Positions 17,425 through 27,600 of a DNA stretch of 64,000 bases are shown piece by piece. Position numbers and translations under genes: made by a program. Below the pieces are notes generated by a model. It saw nothing but the letters and a program-made list of their open reading frames with translations. It was not told where the DNA came from and made no database searches. Numbering within the stretch: position 1 is the first letter of the stretch; each line of letters begins with the position of its first letter. Source of the DNA: a bacterium (GTDB taxonomy: Bacteria > AUK180); assembly GCA_023133295.1 (NCBI GenBank), contig JAGLWT010000133.1:5054-69053 (forward strand). The letters are read 5' to 3'.

Positions 17425-17570
17425 GTACACAAGTGCACAAGGCATAGAAGATTGTTCAAATGTTCAAATGTTCAAGGTTCATCATTCCCACGCCGTTATC
17501 CTGAGATTTTTACGAAGGATCCACCCGTTCTTTTTACACACCACACATCACACGCCAAAGGGTGGATCCA
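17425..17570. repeat. Short tandem repeats and REP-like inverted repeat at the island edge
   Basis: TGTTCAAA x3 (17453-17476) and inverted repeat GGATCCACCC (17517-17526) / GGGTGGATCC (17560-17569) enclosing CACAC-type repeats. Confidence 0.6.
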
Positions 17571-17753
17571 GTAAACCAAGGAACAAGGTTCAACGACCGA
17601 AACTTCAATTGACATTTTGTAGAGTTGCGAAGTATCATTCGGACATTATTTATAAGTAAATTGCATTTGCTCATAATTCAAGGAAATATTCCTGAAAGCA
17701 TGTTACTTTTTCACAAGTTCTCAGAAAAATAACAGAAAACTCACCAGTAAAGA

Positions 17754-19352
17754 TTAATTAAATATTTTTTTATTCCTAGCAAACCAGTGAATGATTTCAT
17801 ATGCTGGTTTAAATCTAATAATTTTATCTAAGTTTGGCAGGAGTGAAATTTTACACAAGTCTCTAGCGAAATTCACATCATAGATAAGAGGACATATAAA
17901 TATATCTCCTTGATCTATATCGGAAGCGTCAAAAATAAATTCGATTACTTTTCTTTCATGATATAATGCCGCAGCGCGCCAGATAAATTTCGGAAGTGGA
18001 TTAGTTAATAGATCTATCGTTATTTTATTTCTCTCGCAAAAAAGCTCTGTTTTAAATCTATTTGAAGGAGAAAGGTATATATCCCACTCAAATGCTTCAT
18101 TGAACCTTTCCTTAAATGGTCCTTCGAGAATTAATGGTCCGATTAGTTCTTCTATGCAAACAATTATCTCCTGAATAATTTCATATTGAATTCTGATTTT
18201 ATGATATAAAGGTATTTGTAATAGTAAGGGAATTGCTAGTACCTTATTGGGCTTATGACTATTATTGATCCAAGATGTTGTTAAGTTATAATATTCATTT
18301 GTATTATTAATTGCTTTACCATAGATCGATTTAATCCTAATTGTTTGATTTCCAAATTCCATTCGAGCAAATGGACCAATCTGATCATCATGTACAAATA
18401 TTTTATTTATTCTAGAAGCTCGAAGTTTGATAGTTTTGCTATATGCATCAGGTTTTTTATCACTTAAATTGTAACCAGTTATTGCAACGCCATGACTCCC
18501 AAAGACATCATTAATATTACTGTCAATATTTATTAGTTGCATCCCTAAAAATAAAGGAATGTTGCATTTGATATATGCATATAGATTACTTTTCAATATG
18601 AAAGGGTCATTTTTTACTTTAATGGAGAAAGGTTCTAAATTTACCTTCTTGATTGCGTGTGCAATTTGTTCACCATTAAGTCCTTTATTTGGAAAAGTCC
18701 GAGTTTCCATTGGAGAAAGAGAGGTTGCAGATTCGGTTATCTTAACCGGAGAAGGAATCTCATGATGAAATAATATTCCAGTACCATGGAATACTGACCA
18801 CAGTGCACTCGTTGCACACGCTGCAACAATTCGATCCTGTTCTTGAAAAGCAAGACTCTCAATAATAAGGTTAATGCCAAAAAGATTTACCTTATATTCT
18901 CTTATAATTGGATAGAATCTATTTTGTTTCTTTGGATATGTTACTAAACATGTTCTACCAAAGATTGTATCTGGTAAGGGTTTAATTACAATGAAACCCA
19001 GATAATGCTTTTGTAGCTTCTTTTGAGTAATTATTTTATCATCCCCAGAAAGAAAATTCATAAATTGGTCTTTTGTAAAAGATATTTTTTTAAAAAAGTG
19101 AATTCTTCGACACCGTCGCTCATAGAGTTTAAAACACCTAACGTAATAAGATGAATAATCTTCTAAATAGTCTTTATCAATATAAACGTTTTCAACAATC
19201 ATAGTCTTAGAATTGACTTTACTGAAATACTCTCGAAAATATCCCCAAATATATTTATTTATAAGAAGTCTCTTATTTACGGTAGTGTCTTTTGAAATTA
19301 AATTCCTTAATTTCTCAATTGAAAATTTTTCAACGTTTAAGATCGAATCCAA
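17754..19352 (-). CDS. Papain-fold (C39-like) putative cysteine protease
   Basis: FQEQDRIVAACATSALW (Gln/Cys), GSHGVAITGY (His) and FVHDDQIGPF (Asp) in papain-like order. No signal peptide. AT-rich. Confidence 0.65.
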   Translation of the reverse strand: MDSILNVEKFSIEKLRNLISKDTTVNKRLLINKYIWGYFREYFSKVNSKTMIVENVYIDKDYLEDYSSYYVRCFKLYERRCRRIHFFKKISFTKDQFMNFLSGDDKIITQKKLQKHYLGFIVIKPLPDTIFGRTCLVTYPKKQNRFYPIIREYKVNLFGINLIIESLAFQEQDRIVAACATSALWSVFHGTGILFHHEIPSPVKITESATSLSPMETRTFPNKGLNGEQIAHAIKKVNLEPFSIKVKNDPFILKSNLYAYIKCNIPLFLGMQLINIDSNINDVFGSHGVAITGYNLSDKKPDAYSKTIKLRASRINKIFVHDDQIGPFARMEFGNQTIRIKSIYGKAINNTNEYYNLTTSWINNSHKPNKVLAIPLLLQIPLYHKIRIQYEIIQEIIVCIEELIGPLILEGPFKERFNEAFEWDIYLSPSNRFKTELFCERNKITIDLLTNPLPKFIWRAAALYHERKVIEFIFDASDIDQGDIFICPLIYDVNFARDLCKISLLPNLDKIIRFKPAYEIIHWFARNKKIFN

Positions 19353-19382
19353 TTGTTTCTCAATTTACCAATGGTTACGTAC

Positions 19383-19559
19383 CTAAATATTTAGAACCTC
19401 TGTAAGATTCTTTTTGTTTGGACGACTCATTATCTTTATTTTATTTAGCATCTCTGTTGAATGTTTTCTTGATTGCTTTAATGCTTTCTTTCCTTCCTTT
19501 GATAATATCCATTCTCGAGCTTTTTCCCCTAAATCCTTACTTGCAATTTTTCTCACCAT
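19383..19559 (-). CDS. Small basic protein (58 aa) upstream of the C39-like gene
   Basis: Below the ORF-track cutoff. GAGG SD, then MVRKIASKDLGEKAREWILSKEGKKALKQSRKHSTEMLNKIKIMSRPNKKNLTEVLNI-stop, ending 30 nt before the next start. Confidence 0.7.
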   Translation of the reverse strand: MVRKIASKDLGEKAREWILSKEGKKALKQSRKHSTEMLNKIKIMSRPNKKNLTEVLNI

Positions 19560-19610
19560 AATTTCCTCAATTAATTTCCTAGTGAATTATAGATTAATTT
19601 ATTCAATTAG

Positions 19611-20792
19611 TCAAGCCTGTGATTGATGCCATAACATATTGGACTTTTGCGTCCGATCCATAAAGTTCTCCATATAATACTCCATCGGAGACATTTTTGC
19701 AAGGCCTGAATGTGGTTTCTCTGTATTGTACCATATGAGATATTCCATCAAGCCCACATTGAATTCCTCAACGTCCTCAAGCTCATCCAGATGAGGATAA
19801 ATATACTGACTGCTGATCGTTTTGTTATAGCTTTCGATATATGCGTTCATCTTAGGTCTTCTCGGGTAGTTGTAATAGTGTATCATTTCTGTATCGCTGA
19901 TATATTTTGCGAAGTACTTCATGAACTCACTGCCGTTATCCGTTTGTATTCTTTTGATCTCAAAGGGAAAAGCTCTTTGGAGTTTGATAAGAAAGTCTTT
20001 TGCCTGTGCGGAACTTTTGCTTCTGTATGCGAAGGCGAAAGCGATTCGTGTTTTAAGGTCAACAGCGGTAATGACATATCTTTTCAACCCGAAAACAAAG
20101 CGTTCCACCGTATCCATCTGAACAAGATCTCCGGGCTTCTCAGGCTGATATTTTCCTCTTCTGAGCTTCTTTTTCTTTTTTGATAGCCTTTTATTCACTT
20201 TCATCGTTTTTGCGTTATATGTGAGTTTTGTATGATGATCAGCAAGACGGCCTGATTCTTTCAGATCCCTGATCAACCTGGCTATCGTGGAAGTCGACAG
20301 CAGCTTTGATCCGTTTTCTCCACAATACTTGTCCAGTCCTTTTTTAACGGCATCCTGGCAAACTCCGGGGTGGGCACGGCGATATTCAAGAATGAATTGC
20401 ATGACTTCAGGCGGGCATTCTCTTTTTCTTCTGTTTTTCGGCGCACGGGAACCCGGAGCAAGGGCGATCAGCCTGCCGCTGGAATCTTCTAATTTCTTTT
20501 TCCATTGATAGAATGTGGACCTGGAAATATGGAAGGCATCCAGAGTAGCATCAAGACCATGACGGGAACGAAAGTTCAGTATCTCCAGACGGCGGTCTAT
20601 TTCTGCTTTTTCCGAATGACTTACATACTCGTGATAGTCTGATTGATACCATAACCTATTGGACTTTTGCTTCCGATCCATAGAGTTCTCCATATAATAC
20701 TCCATCAGAGACATTTTTACTCGCCCCGAAGGGAGTTTCTCCGTATTGCACCGTATGAGACATTCTGTCAAGTCGATATAGAATTTTCCCAA
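19611..20792 (-). mobile_element. IS481-family (integrase-core DDE) transposase; true start uncertain
   Basis: HTH (ISRSTFYQWKK), PGDLVQMD, IQTDNGSEF, PKMNAYIESYN, WYNTEKPHSGL. A TGT terminus at 19618 overlaps the gene end, as is typical of IS481. Confidence 0.88.
19621..20790. repeat. ~150-bp imperfect direct repeat pair (19621-19770 and 20641-20790)
   Basis: Gapless alignment with an offset of exactly 1020 bp. Manual count: 6 mismatches in the first 80 bp, 27 in 150 bp. Confidence 0.92.
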
Positions 20793-20831
20793 AATCTGTA
20801 GTTATTAGCAAACCCTTACTATCTCATATAC

Positions 20832-20853
20832 AGGGACAAAATTGTCCCTTTTT
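20832..20853 (+). terminator. Hairpin with T-tract
   Basis: AGGGACAA-AA-TTGTCCCT followed by TTTT. Confidence 0.4.
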
Positions 20854-21324
20854 GGAGGTTCCATGAAAACAACATCTTGTTTTTTACTTGCTGCCTCAGA
20901 GATAGCTGAGGCATTTTGCACAGCCACTAAAGTATATGGCTTTATTGAGAATTTTGGAGAAACGAAGGATAAACCGTTGCGAATATGGCTTGAGGCTCTT
21001 GAGATCATTTGTAGCTTAATCAGTCTCATCCCCGCCTATGAAGATTCAAAATAGCCGCAGTTCTGCTCTCAATACTTAAGGAGGTGTATCTTGTGAAATT
21101 TTGGCTAGATGTCTGATAGACAATCCTTATTTCCCCGGAGGAAATATTGTATTCATTGCATTCTTTCTTATGATGATTAAATTATTAGTGCGGGCGCCTT
21201 TAATGTTAGCAAACTGATTTAATAGATCTAGAGGAACATACTTATGCGACGGAATCCATCGCATCATTTATGCGGTATATCTGAAGAGAAATGTGCGATC
21301 TCTGAGATTGCAGTATTGAAAATA

Positions 21325-22905
21325 CTATGTTACCCACTTTAAATTGATATTCCAATCACCTTCATTATAATTTAAATGTTTATTTCCACTTGGATAAATG
21401 CAGATACTAGGCCAATTCGCACATATTTTGAATCTTGGGGAAGTATTAAATGGAAATTTTTGATTTCTTTCTTCAAGATCAGAATTCCGCACTTTCTCAA
21501 TCTTGATACCGCAGAAGTCCCCACTAATCAAATTTCTAAACAAGACTCCCTCTACTTCAAGCCAGTAAATATAGCCCCCTCCTCGTATATTCATACATAA
21601 TGGTAATGAAAACTTTCTAAATTCTTCTCCAATGTTTTTATCAGAAATCTTGTCTAAGACAAATCCCCAACCGTTGAATAAAGAAATATTTTTATTTAAT
21701 TGGCTAAGAATGCGTAATGACTGTAAATCCTCCTCACACGAATCCTTAAGTTCCCATAATGATGGATTCAAGCATTCAAAATGTTTAAGATCTTTTAAAT
21801 ATTTTACTAACCACCCATACGCCTGCAAATTGAATGAATCTGTGGGTAATGTGTACTTCTCAACTCCAAATTGAATTTTTGATTCTCCTATGCAGTTTTC
21901 TAAAAAAGCACACAATTTAGGATATTTCAATATTGGAGTGTCTGCTTTTTCATCTATTTGACTTCTTGTGGTATGAACATATTCACCATCATGTAACTCA
22001 CGATTTGATATTACTAATGCTAGTCCAGATTGATGGTAATATCCAAAATGTGTTTTAGTCCTTCTATACATAAAATCACATCCTACTTCTTTCTCGCCAT
22101 TATTAGAAGTTAATTTTACAATTTTTCCTGTTTCAAAACTCGGCGCAGTTATTAACACTTTTGTTGGGAGATATTCAAATGCAGTCAATAGGTCATCTTT
22201 GAGTGGTAATTTCTGTAACCTACGTGATATTAAAGCGGGCTTCCCAAAAGCAGCTTTCATTATAACTTCTTCAACTTTGGGGAGGTGAGTATTATATTGA
22301 TCTTCCCAATTAGCCAGTTGAATAATTGAATATGTTTGATCTGGATTTTGGATTATTTGTAATCTTGATTCAGGAATAGCATATTGCAAATAGTATTTTC
22401 GAATATTCATTTTTATATTATCCAAATATTCAGGTTCTTTCATTCTAGATATCTCATTTTTAATTATATTTATGTCGCTAATACAATTTTTAAAGCTTAT
22501 CCTTTTAGTTTCTCTATCGCTATTAATAAAATTTATAATTTCTTTAATAAAACCATCAGTTTGAAATCTAAAAGCTACACAGTAATCTTTTTTTGGGTGT
22601 TTATAAAGTAAAACCAATATGAAAGGAAAATCACAAGTTAAAAATAGTTTTGCATCAGCCTTATTAATTTCAGCATAAGGATTTTTTTTATTCAAAGTTG
22701 AACGAACAAAAAAGGCAACGAATTTCGGAGGAATTTTTTTTATTCCTGGTGAAATTTCTTTTCCGATTATTTGACATATAAAATCTATCCCAAAATCATT
22801 AGTTAATTTTTCTGCTAAAAGATTTAATTCACTAGATGCAAAATACCGAATATAATGTTCAGCATCAATCCCTAATTTTTGACTTGCAGTAATTTTCTTT
22901 TCCAT
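21325..22905 (-). CDS. Hypothetical protein with N-terminal DUF4365-like (PD-(D/E)xK) domain
   Basis: LGIDAE...NDFGIDFICQI...AFFVRST resembles the DUF4365 D-x-G-I-D core. AGGAGG SD before ATG 22905; an alternative in-frame start lies at 22956. Confidence 0.55.
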   Translation of the reverse strand: MEKKITASQKLGIDAEHYIRYFASSELNLLAEKLTNDFGIDFICQIIGKEISPGIKKIPPKFVAFFVRSTLNKKNPYAEINKADAKLFLTCDFPFILVLLYKHPKKDYCVAFRFQTDGFIKEIINFINSDRETKRISFKNCISDINIIKNEISRMKEPEYLDNIKMNIRKYYLQYAIPESRLQIIQNPDQTYSIIQLANWEDQYNTHLPKVEEVIMKAAFGKPALISRRLQKLPLKDDLLTAFEYLPTKVLITAPSFETGKIVKLTSNNGEKEVGCDFMYRRTKTHFGYYHQSGLALVISNRELHDGEYVHTTRSQIDEKADTPILKYPKLCAFLENCIGESKIQFGVEKYTLPTDSFNLQAYGWLVKYLKDLKHFECLNPSLWELKDSCEEDLQSLRILSQLNKNISLFNGWGFVLDKISDKNIGEEFRKFSLPLCMNIRGGGYIYWLEVEGVLFRNLISGDFCGIKIEKVRNSDLEERNQKFPFNTSPRFKICANWPSICIYPSGNKHLNYNEGDWNINLKWVT

Positions 22906-22974
22906 GATATTATTCCTCCTTTTAGTAGATTCGTCGCGATTGCTTTTTATACCCATAAGCACCTCCTTAAGTTA

Positions 22975-23420
22975 TTATTTGTTGTTTATGAATGATAATA
23001 AATTATCCAGCATCAGCCTTGCTTCCTCTATATCAACTGAGGTAACTTTTCTCAGGAAATTTATTGCCTTCAGGCATTCGAGGATCGCTTTCTCTTTGTC
23101 TTCCGCGGTCAGGATCTTTTCAAGACACTTGATCGCATTGGATATATGGTGACTTTCCTTTTTATCAACATCAAGGTCATTCAGCATTTCAATAATATCC
23201 GAGTTCAAGGTTTCAGGATCATATGATACCGACTCAGTGAACTCAAAAGGTTCTTCTTGTTCATAAATCTGCTCCTCAATATCTTCACTGTCGCTAACTG
23301 TAGAATCAGTCTCCTTTCTCATCGTTGCTTTCACTATCCCGTTATCTTCATTATACCTAAATAATCATATTCGTAATTACTCTCAATACCGTCCTCATCG
23401 ATCATTTTTACTCTATTCCC
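22975..23420 (-). pseudogene. Chimeric relic: two Rhs core fragments fused to a paralog of the C-terminal helical domain of the 1787-aa protein
   Basis: 23355-23420 encodes GNRVKMIDEDGIESNYEYDYLG (15/22 identical to Rhs 26099-26164). 23307-23356 matches Rhs 25774-25823 at 47/50 nt. 22975-23240 aligns with the C-terminus of 30408..35771. Confidence 0.8.
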
Positions 23421-23424
23421 AGGA

Positions 23425-24678
23425 CTATCTATGTTTGTCGTAAAATTCTTCTAATTTATATATGCGACACTTGTCAGTTCCGAAGAGAATAACTTGTTCG
23501 TCGGTTGTCATCACCCGCTCAACCTTATAATCAAAATCAAAAACCTTTTCCTCGCCATCTTCGAGGCGGTAAGTATAAATTTTATTCTCTAAGATCAGGA
23601 AGATCCTATCTTTGTAGATAAAGTCCGCCTCGTCGCGAAAAGATACCGGCGGTATTTCTTTCTGCCATAAAAGCCTACCATTTTTCAAATTGAAAACTTC
23701 ATAGCATTGCTTGGTGATCTTGTTATAATGTGCAGTAGCAACTCCGGTCCATTCTTCATCCGCTTTAAATCTTCTTTGAATTATCTTATTTCCAATAATA
23801 TCTGTTGTTGCAATTCCGTCCTTGTTCTTGCTCGGATATAAGTCCAGCTTCTGTTTTCTGTCGAATAGGAGCTTCCGCTTTTTCAGATCATAGACTGAAA
23901 AATGGGCAATGGGCACTCCGTCTTTCTTCTTATCAGGAGATTGAATCACATGTACCAAGTAGTGTGAAATTACATCAATAATTCCCTCTCTGTGATTAGA
24001 GTAGCCAATTTTCTTTAAATACCTTTTTAACTTAGGATTTGCAAAGTTCCGGATTTCCCAATTTTCCATATCAATCATTGTGGTTTGAAAATCATTTCGG
24101 AATTGATACAACCATATTATTTCCTCATTTTCTACACCAAGCCGCCAATAAGCAACTAATTTCTGGAAAAGTATATTAAAATCAACATCGGTAATAATTA
24201 ATTTTGAATATAGATGAGAAAAAATAATTTTATCTAAATGTTTCTGATAACCACCGTAATAGCCGTTTAAGAGTTTTGAAATATGAGAAGTATTGTCCAA
24301 TTCAAATTTCTTTGTCTCTTCATTAAAGGTATAAATTTCTAAATTCGTTTGTCTTTCTATTCTCCCTTCTTTAGGTGGTATATACAAGATCCTATTAGAG
24401 TCTGCAAAATTAAAGTTACTGGTTTTCTTCCCCTTACTTCCCTTAAAGTCCATGAGGATATTTTGAGGCATGGATAACCTTATTCTTTCAGGAAGAAGAA
24501 TCCAGTTCTTGGATCCTTCAAAGTTGATTTTTACGAAAGCGGCTTGACTCTGATTCTGTGAAGTTATGGATCCTCTTGGCTGAACCAATTTATACTCACT
24601 ATAGGTAATTTCGTCATATGAGTATATGTTACATGTAATTAAAAAGATAATAACAAACAAAGGTATTCTCTTATTCAT
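23425..24678 (-). CDS. Secreted beta-rich (PQQ/propeller-like) protein, candidate Rhs immunity protein
   Basis: The start MNKRIPLFVIIFL overlaps the Rhs stop codon. Signal peptide. Repeated YDLKKRKLLF / FNLKNGRLLWQ / YRLEDGEEK blade-like motifs. Immunity role inferred from position only. Confidence 0.6.
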   Translation of the reverse strand: MNKRIPLFVIIFLITCNIYSYDEITYSEYKLVQPRGSITSQNQSQAAFVKINFEGSKNWILLPERIRLSMPQNILMDFKGSKGKKTSNFNFADSNRILYIPPKEGRIERQTNLEIYTFNEETKKFELDNTSHISKLLNGYYGGYQKHLDKIIFSHLYSKLIITDVDFNILFQKLVAYWRLGVENEEIIWLYQFRNDFQTTMIDMENWEIRNFANPKLKRYLKKIGYSNHREGIIDVISHYLVHVIQSPDKKKDGVPIAHFSVYDLKKRKLLFDRKQKLDLYPSKNKDGIATTDIIGNKIIQRRFKADEEWTGVATAHYNKITKQCYEVFNLKNGRLLWQKEIPPVSFRDEADFIYKDRIFLILENKIYTYRLEDGEEKVFDFDYKVERVMTTDEQVILFGTDKCRIYKLEEFYDKHR

Positions 24679-27600
24679 CTCTTTCCTCATAGAATTCATC
24701 GCTATCAATTATAACAGGATTCTGTGGATCGTCAAGTTGAATATTTACCAATCCCTCTATTTCCTTAACGTATTTTTTATAGTGGTGAGTATTTTCACTC
24801 TCATTGGCTCTTGCTTCAGCTTCTAAACCTTCCATATTATCGAGATAATACCTACCAAAAATATTTCGCATCTCTTTCGTAATCTCAGCTCGCTTTTCTT
24901 CATCTGACAAATCATCACGAGCCTGTATATCTTGAATTATCCTGAAAATCTGATTCTCATACTCTTCCAAATACTTAATAAACTGAATTACATGCGTTAA
25001 TTCATGTGAAGCTGTTGATTTCATTTCCTTTTGAAGAGTAAATATATAAAAGTCAAAAACGATTTCCCCTTCAGTATTAACTTGTGCTGTGAAATCAGTT
25101 TGCCCAAGCATCTTCGAATTGGAATCAAATATCTCCCCGATGGAACTTTCTCCGGTTAAAGCTAACTCAACTGTGTTATCGGAAAGATAAATATCTGCAT
25201 AATCCCTGTATAAAGAATATACTAGATATTCTCGCAATCCATCAAGATCAATGTATCTCAAAGGATTGTTCAATACATATATCCACCTGTTCAGACTCTG
25301 CGGGTTTTTCAAATTTAGGCTTGCCCTGTCCTTGCTCATCCACCTCCCGATCCTCTGGTCCAGATATCTCGCATTGGCATAATGGAGGTTAGTTTCCTCA
25401 TCATACTCATGTCCTGTGTACCCGTCCTTGTTCTTGTACTTCTCTTTCGCCTTGATGATATTCCCGAACGGGCCGTACTTATACGTATTCTCGATGCTTC
25501 CCATGGTGTCCGTTACCACTACAGGAGAACCTAAGACATCATAGTGGTAGTAGTGAGTGCCGTTTTTGTCCTTCTTCATGATCTTCTTGTTTCCAAAGTA
25601 ATAATTCACTTCACGATCTCCCGCCTCCAATTCGGCAAGAACTTTACCATTCATTCCCCGGAAATAGAAACCTTCCGTTTTTTCCCCATTGATGAGTTGC
25701 TTTAATTTATACACTCTAAGACCTCTGAAATCATATTGATAGTTTAGCTCAAGCGTTGCTGCCTTTTCAACTCCAGTCTCCTTTCTCATCGTTGCCTTCA
25801 CAATCCGGTTATCTTCATTATACACGAAATCAACGGAGTTTTGCAAGGTATCATTACCCAAAGTCTCCTTTCTTATTATGTTGCTGAAGTCATCATATGT
25901 ATAATTATGGCGCTTTTTAACATTGTCAACCCATGACAAGAGTCTGTTGGAAGTGTGTGCAATATTGTATGAATGTGTGTGAAAAGGACTCTGATACGAT
26001 AGGCGATTTCCGGTAGAATCATAGTTGTACTCCGTATTGAAAGGCGTTTTGTCATCATTGAACCAGGAATACATGGGACCGGTAACATTGTTGAGTCTCC
26101 CGAGTCGGTCGTATCCGTATTCCGTTTCGATATTATCTTCATCGATAAGTTTAATTCTGTTACCGTTTTTATCGTACTCATATGAATTTGTGTATATAAT
26201 ATTATTGTTACCTAAATTCATAATATCAATTTTTAATATTTCATTTAGTGGAGAATAGGCGTATTCTGTTGTCTCTGAAATTCCCGTAGGATACTTCGTT
26301 ACTGTACAACTTGAAAGCCTGCCGAAAGTATCGAAATGATTCTCAACACTAAAAAGCGGAATTCTAAGCCCCCCTAAAGATTCAGAGAAGCCGGATTTCA
26401 ATTTCCCTGAAAACTCTTCATAGGCGAAACCACTCTTTTGATCCAGGATGCCGTCATTTTCAAAATCGTACCAGAGATTGTTTAGCCGGTTTCGATTATT
26501 ATCATATCCATATGTGAATGACATCATATTTCCATTTAGGTCTATGGTCTTCTTGGTTATCCTGTCCAGACCGTCATATTCGTAGGTGTAAGTATTTCCG
26601 TTTAGATCATCAGTTTCCTTTAATACATTCCCCATTAAATCATAGTTTATTGTTTTTATATTTTGTGTTATTTGTGAAATGCTACTCTCGATTTTGCCCA
26701 GACGACCGAGTGTATCATAACTATAGTTTTTTGCTACCTGGGCAGAATTTTGATATCCTAATACATTGCCCGCAAGATTATTTTCATATTCTTCCCAACT
26801 CCCATCAGATTCAATTTTATTCACTAGCTGCGATAGGTAGTTATATTGAAATTGTGACTGATTACCCCGGCTATCAGTTACCAGAGTAAGGTTTCCAAGT
26901 GCATCGTAGTCATACGAAGTTTCATAAATCGCAGCATCATTGTACTCTTTGACCATAATCAGTCCATCTTCAACATCATAGAGATATTCCATATTCGGAT
27001 CTCCTGATTTATCAGCTTTGGGGCTCCAAATTTTCTCACTTCTGAAAACTCCATTTTCATTGTTAAAGTAGAGATGCTCTGATTTTGAAATCCGAATATC
27101 ACCGTCCTTTGATAATCTGGTTTCAATAACCCTGTCAATTTGATCATATTTGAATTCAGTTGAAATTCCTGAAGGCGAGATCTTGCGGATCAAATTATCA
27201 AAATCGTTGTATTCGTATCTTGTCTCAAAGAATTCCGAGGGATCTAAGGCTGTATTACCATTCTTATCGAAGAATTGCCACTCCTTCTCAATCCTAAAAA
27301 AGCTGTCAAAGTGGTATTTCGCGTTTGCCACTACTGCTCCGTCAAGGTATTCCGTGGAGGCTGTAATTGTTCTAAGTGTATCGTCATAACCATATAAGCT
27401 CTGTGGAAGATCTTGCTTGCCTACCTTGGTTAATCTTCCATAAATATCATATTCGTATGCAGTATTTCTTCCCATGGGATCAATATAGGTTTCTAAAAAC
27501 AATTCATCATTGTAATCGGCAAAAGCCATTAGAGTATAGGCGCCATCGATTTCTCCATCCACATATTTGTTCGAGTCTACTTTTACTCCGGTCAGAAGGG

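Noticed and set aside
19621-20790. Direct repeat pair as a DGR template/variable repeat
   Set aside because: Mismatches involve all four bases rather than adenines only, and there is no reverse transcriptase in the window.
20805-21100. Short ORFs on both strands beside the IS (including MKTTSCF.. with GGAGG and a 7-codon ORF after AAGGAGGTG)
   Set aside because: No family resemblance and conflicting overlapping frames; probably debris, although the plus-strand ORF cannot be excluded.
21180-21320. Small hairpins and a GTTAGC motif downstream of the DUF4365-like gene as an attC site
   Set aside because: I could not pair R'' and R' boxes into a convincing attC structure.
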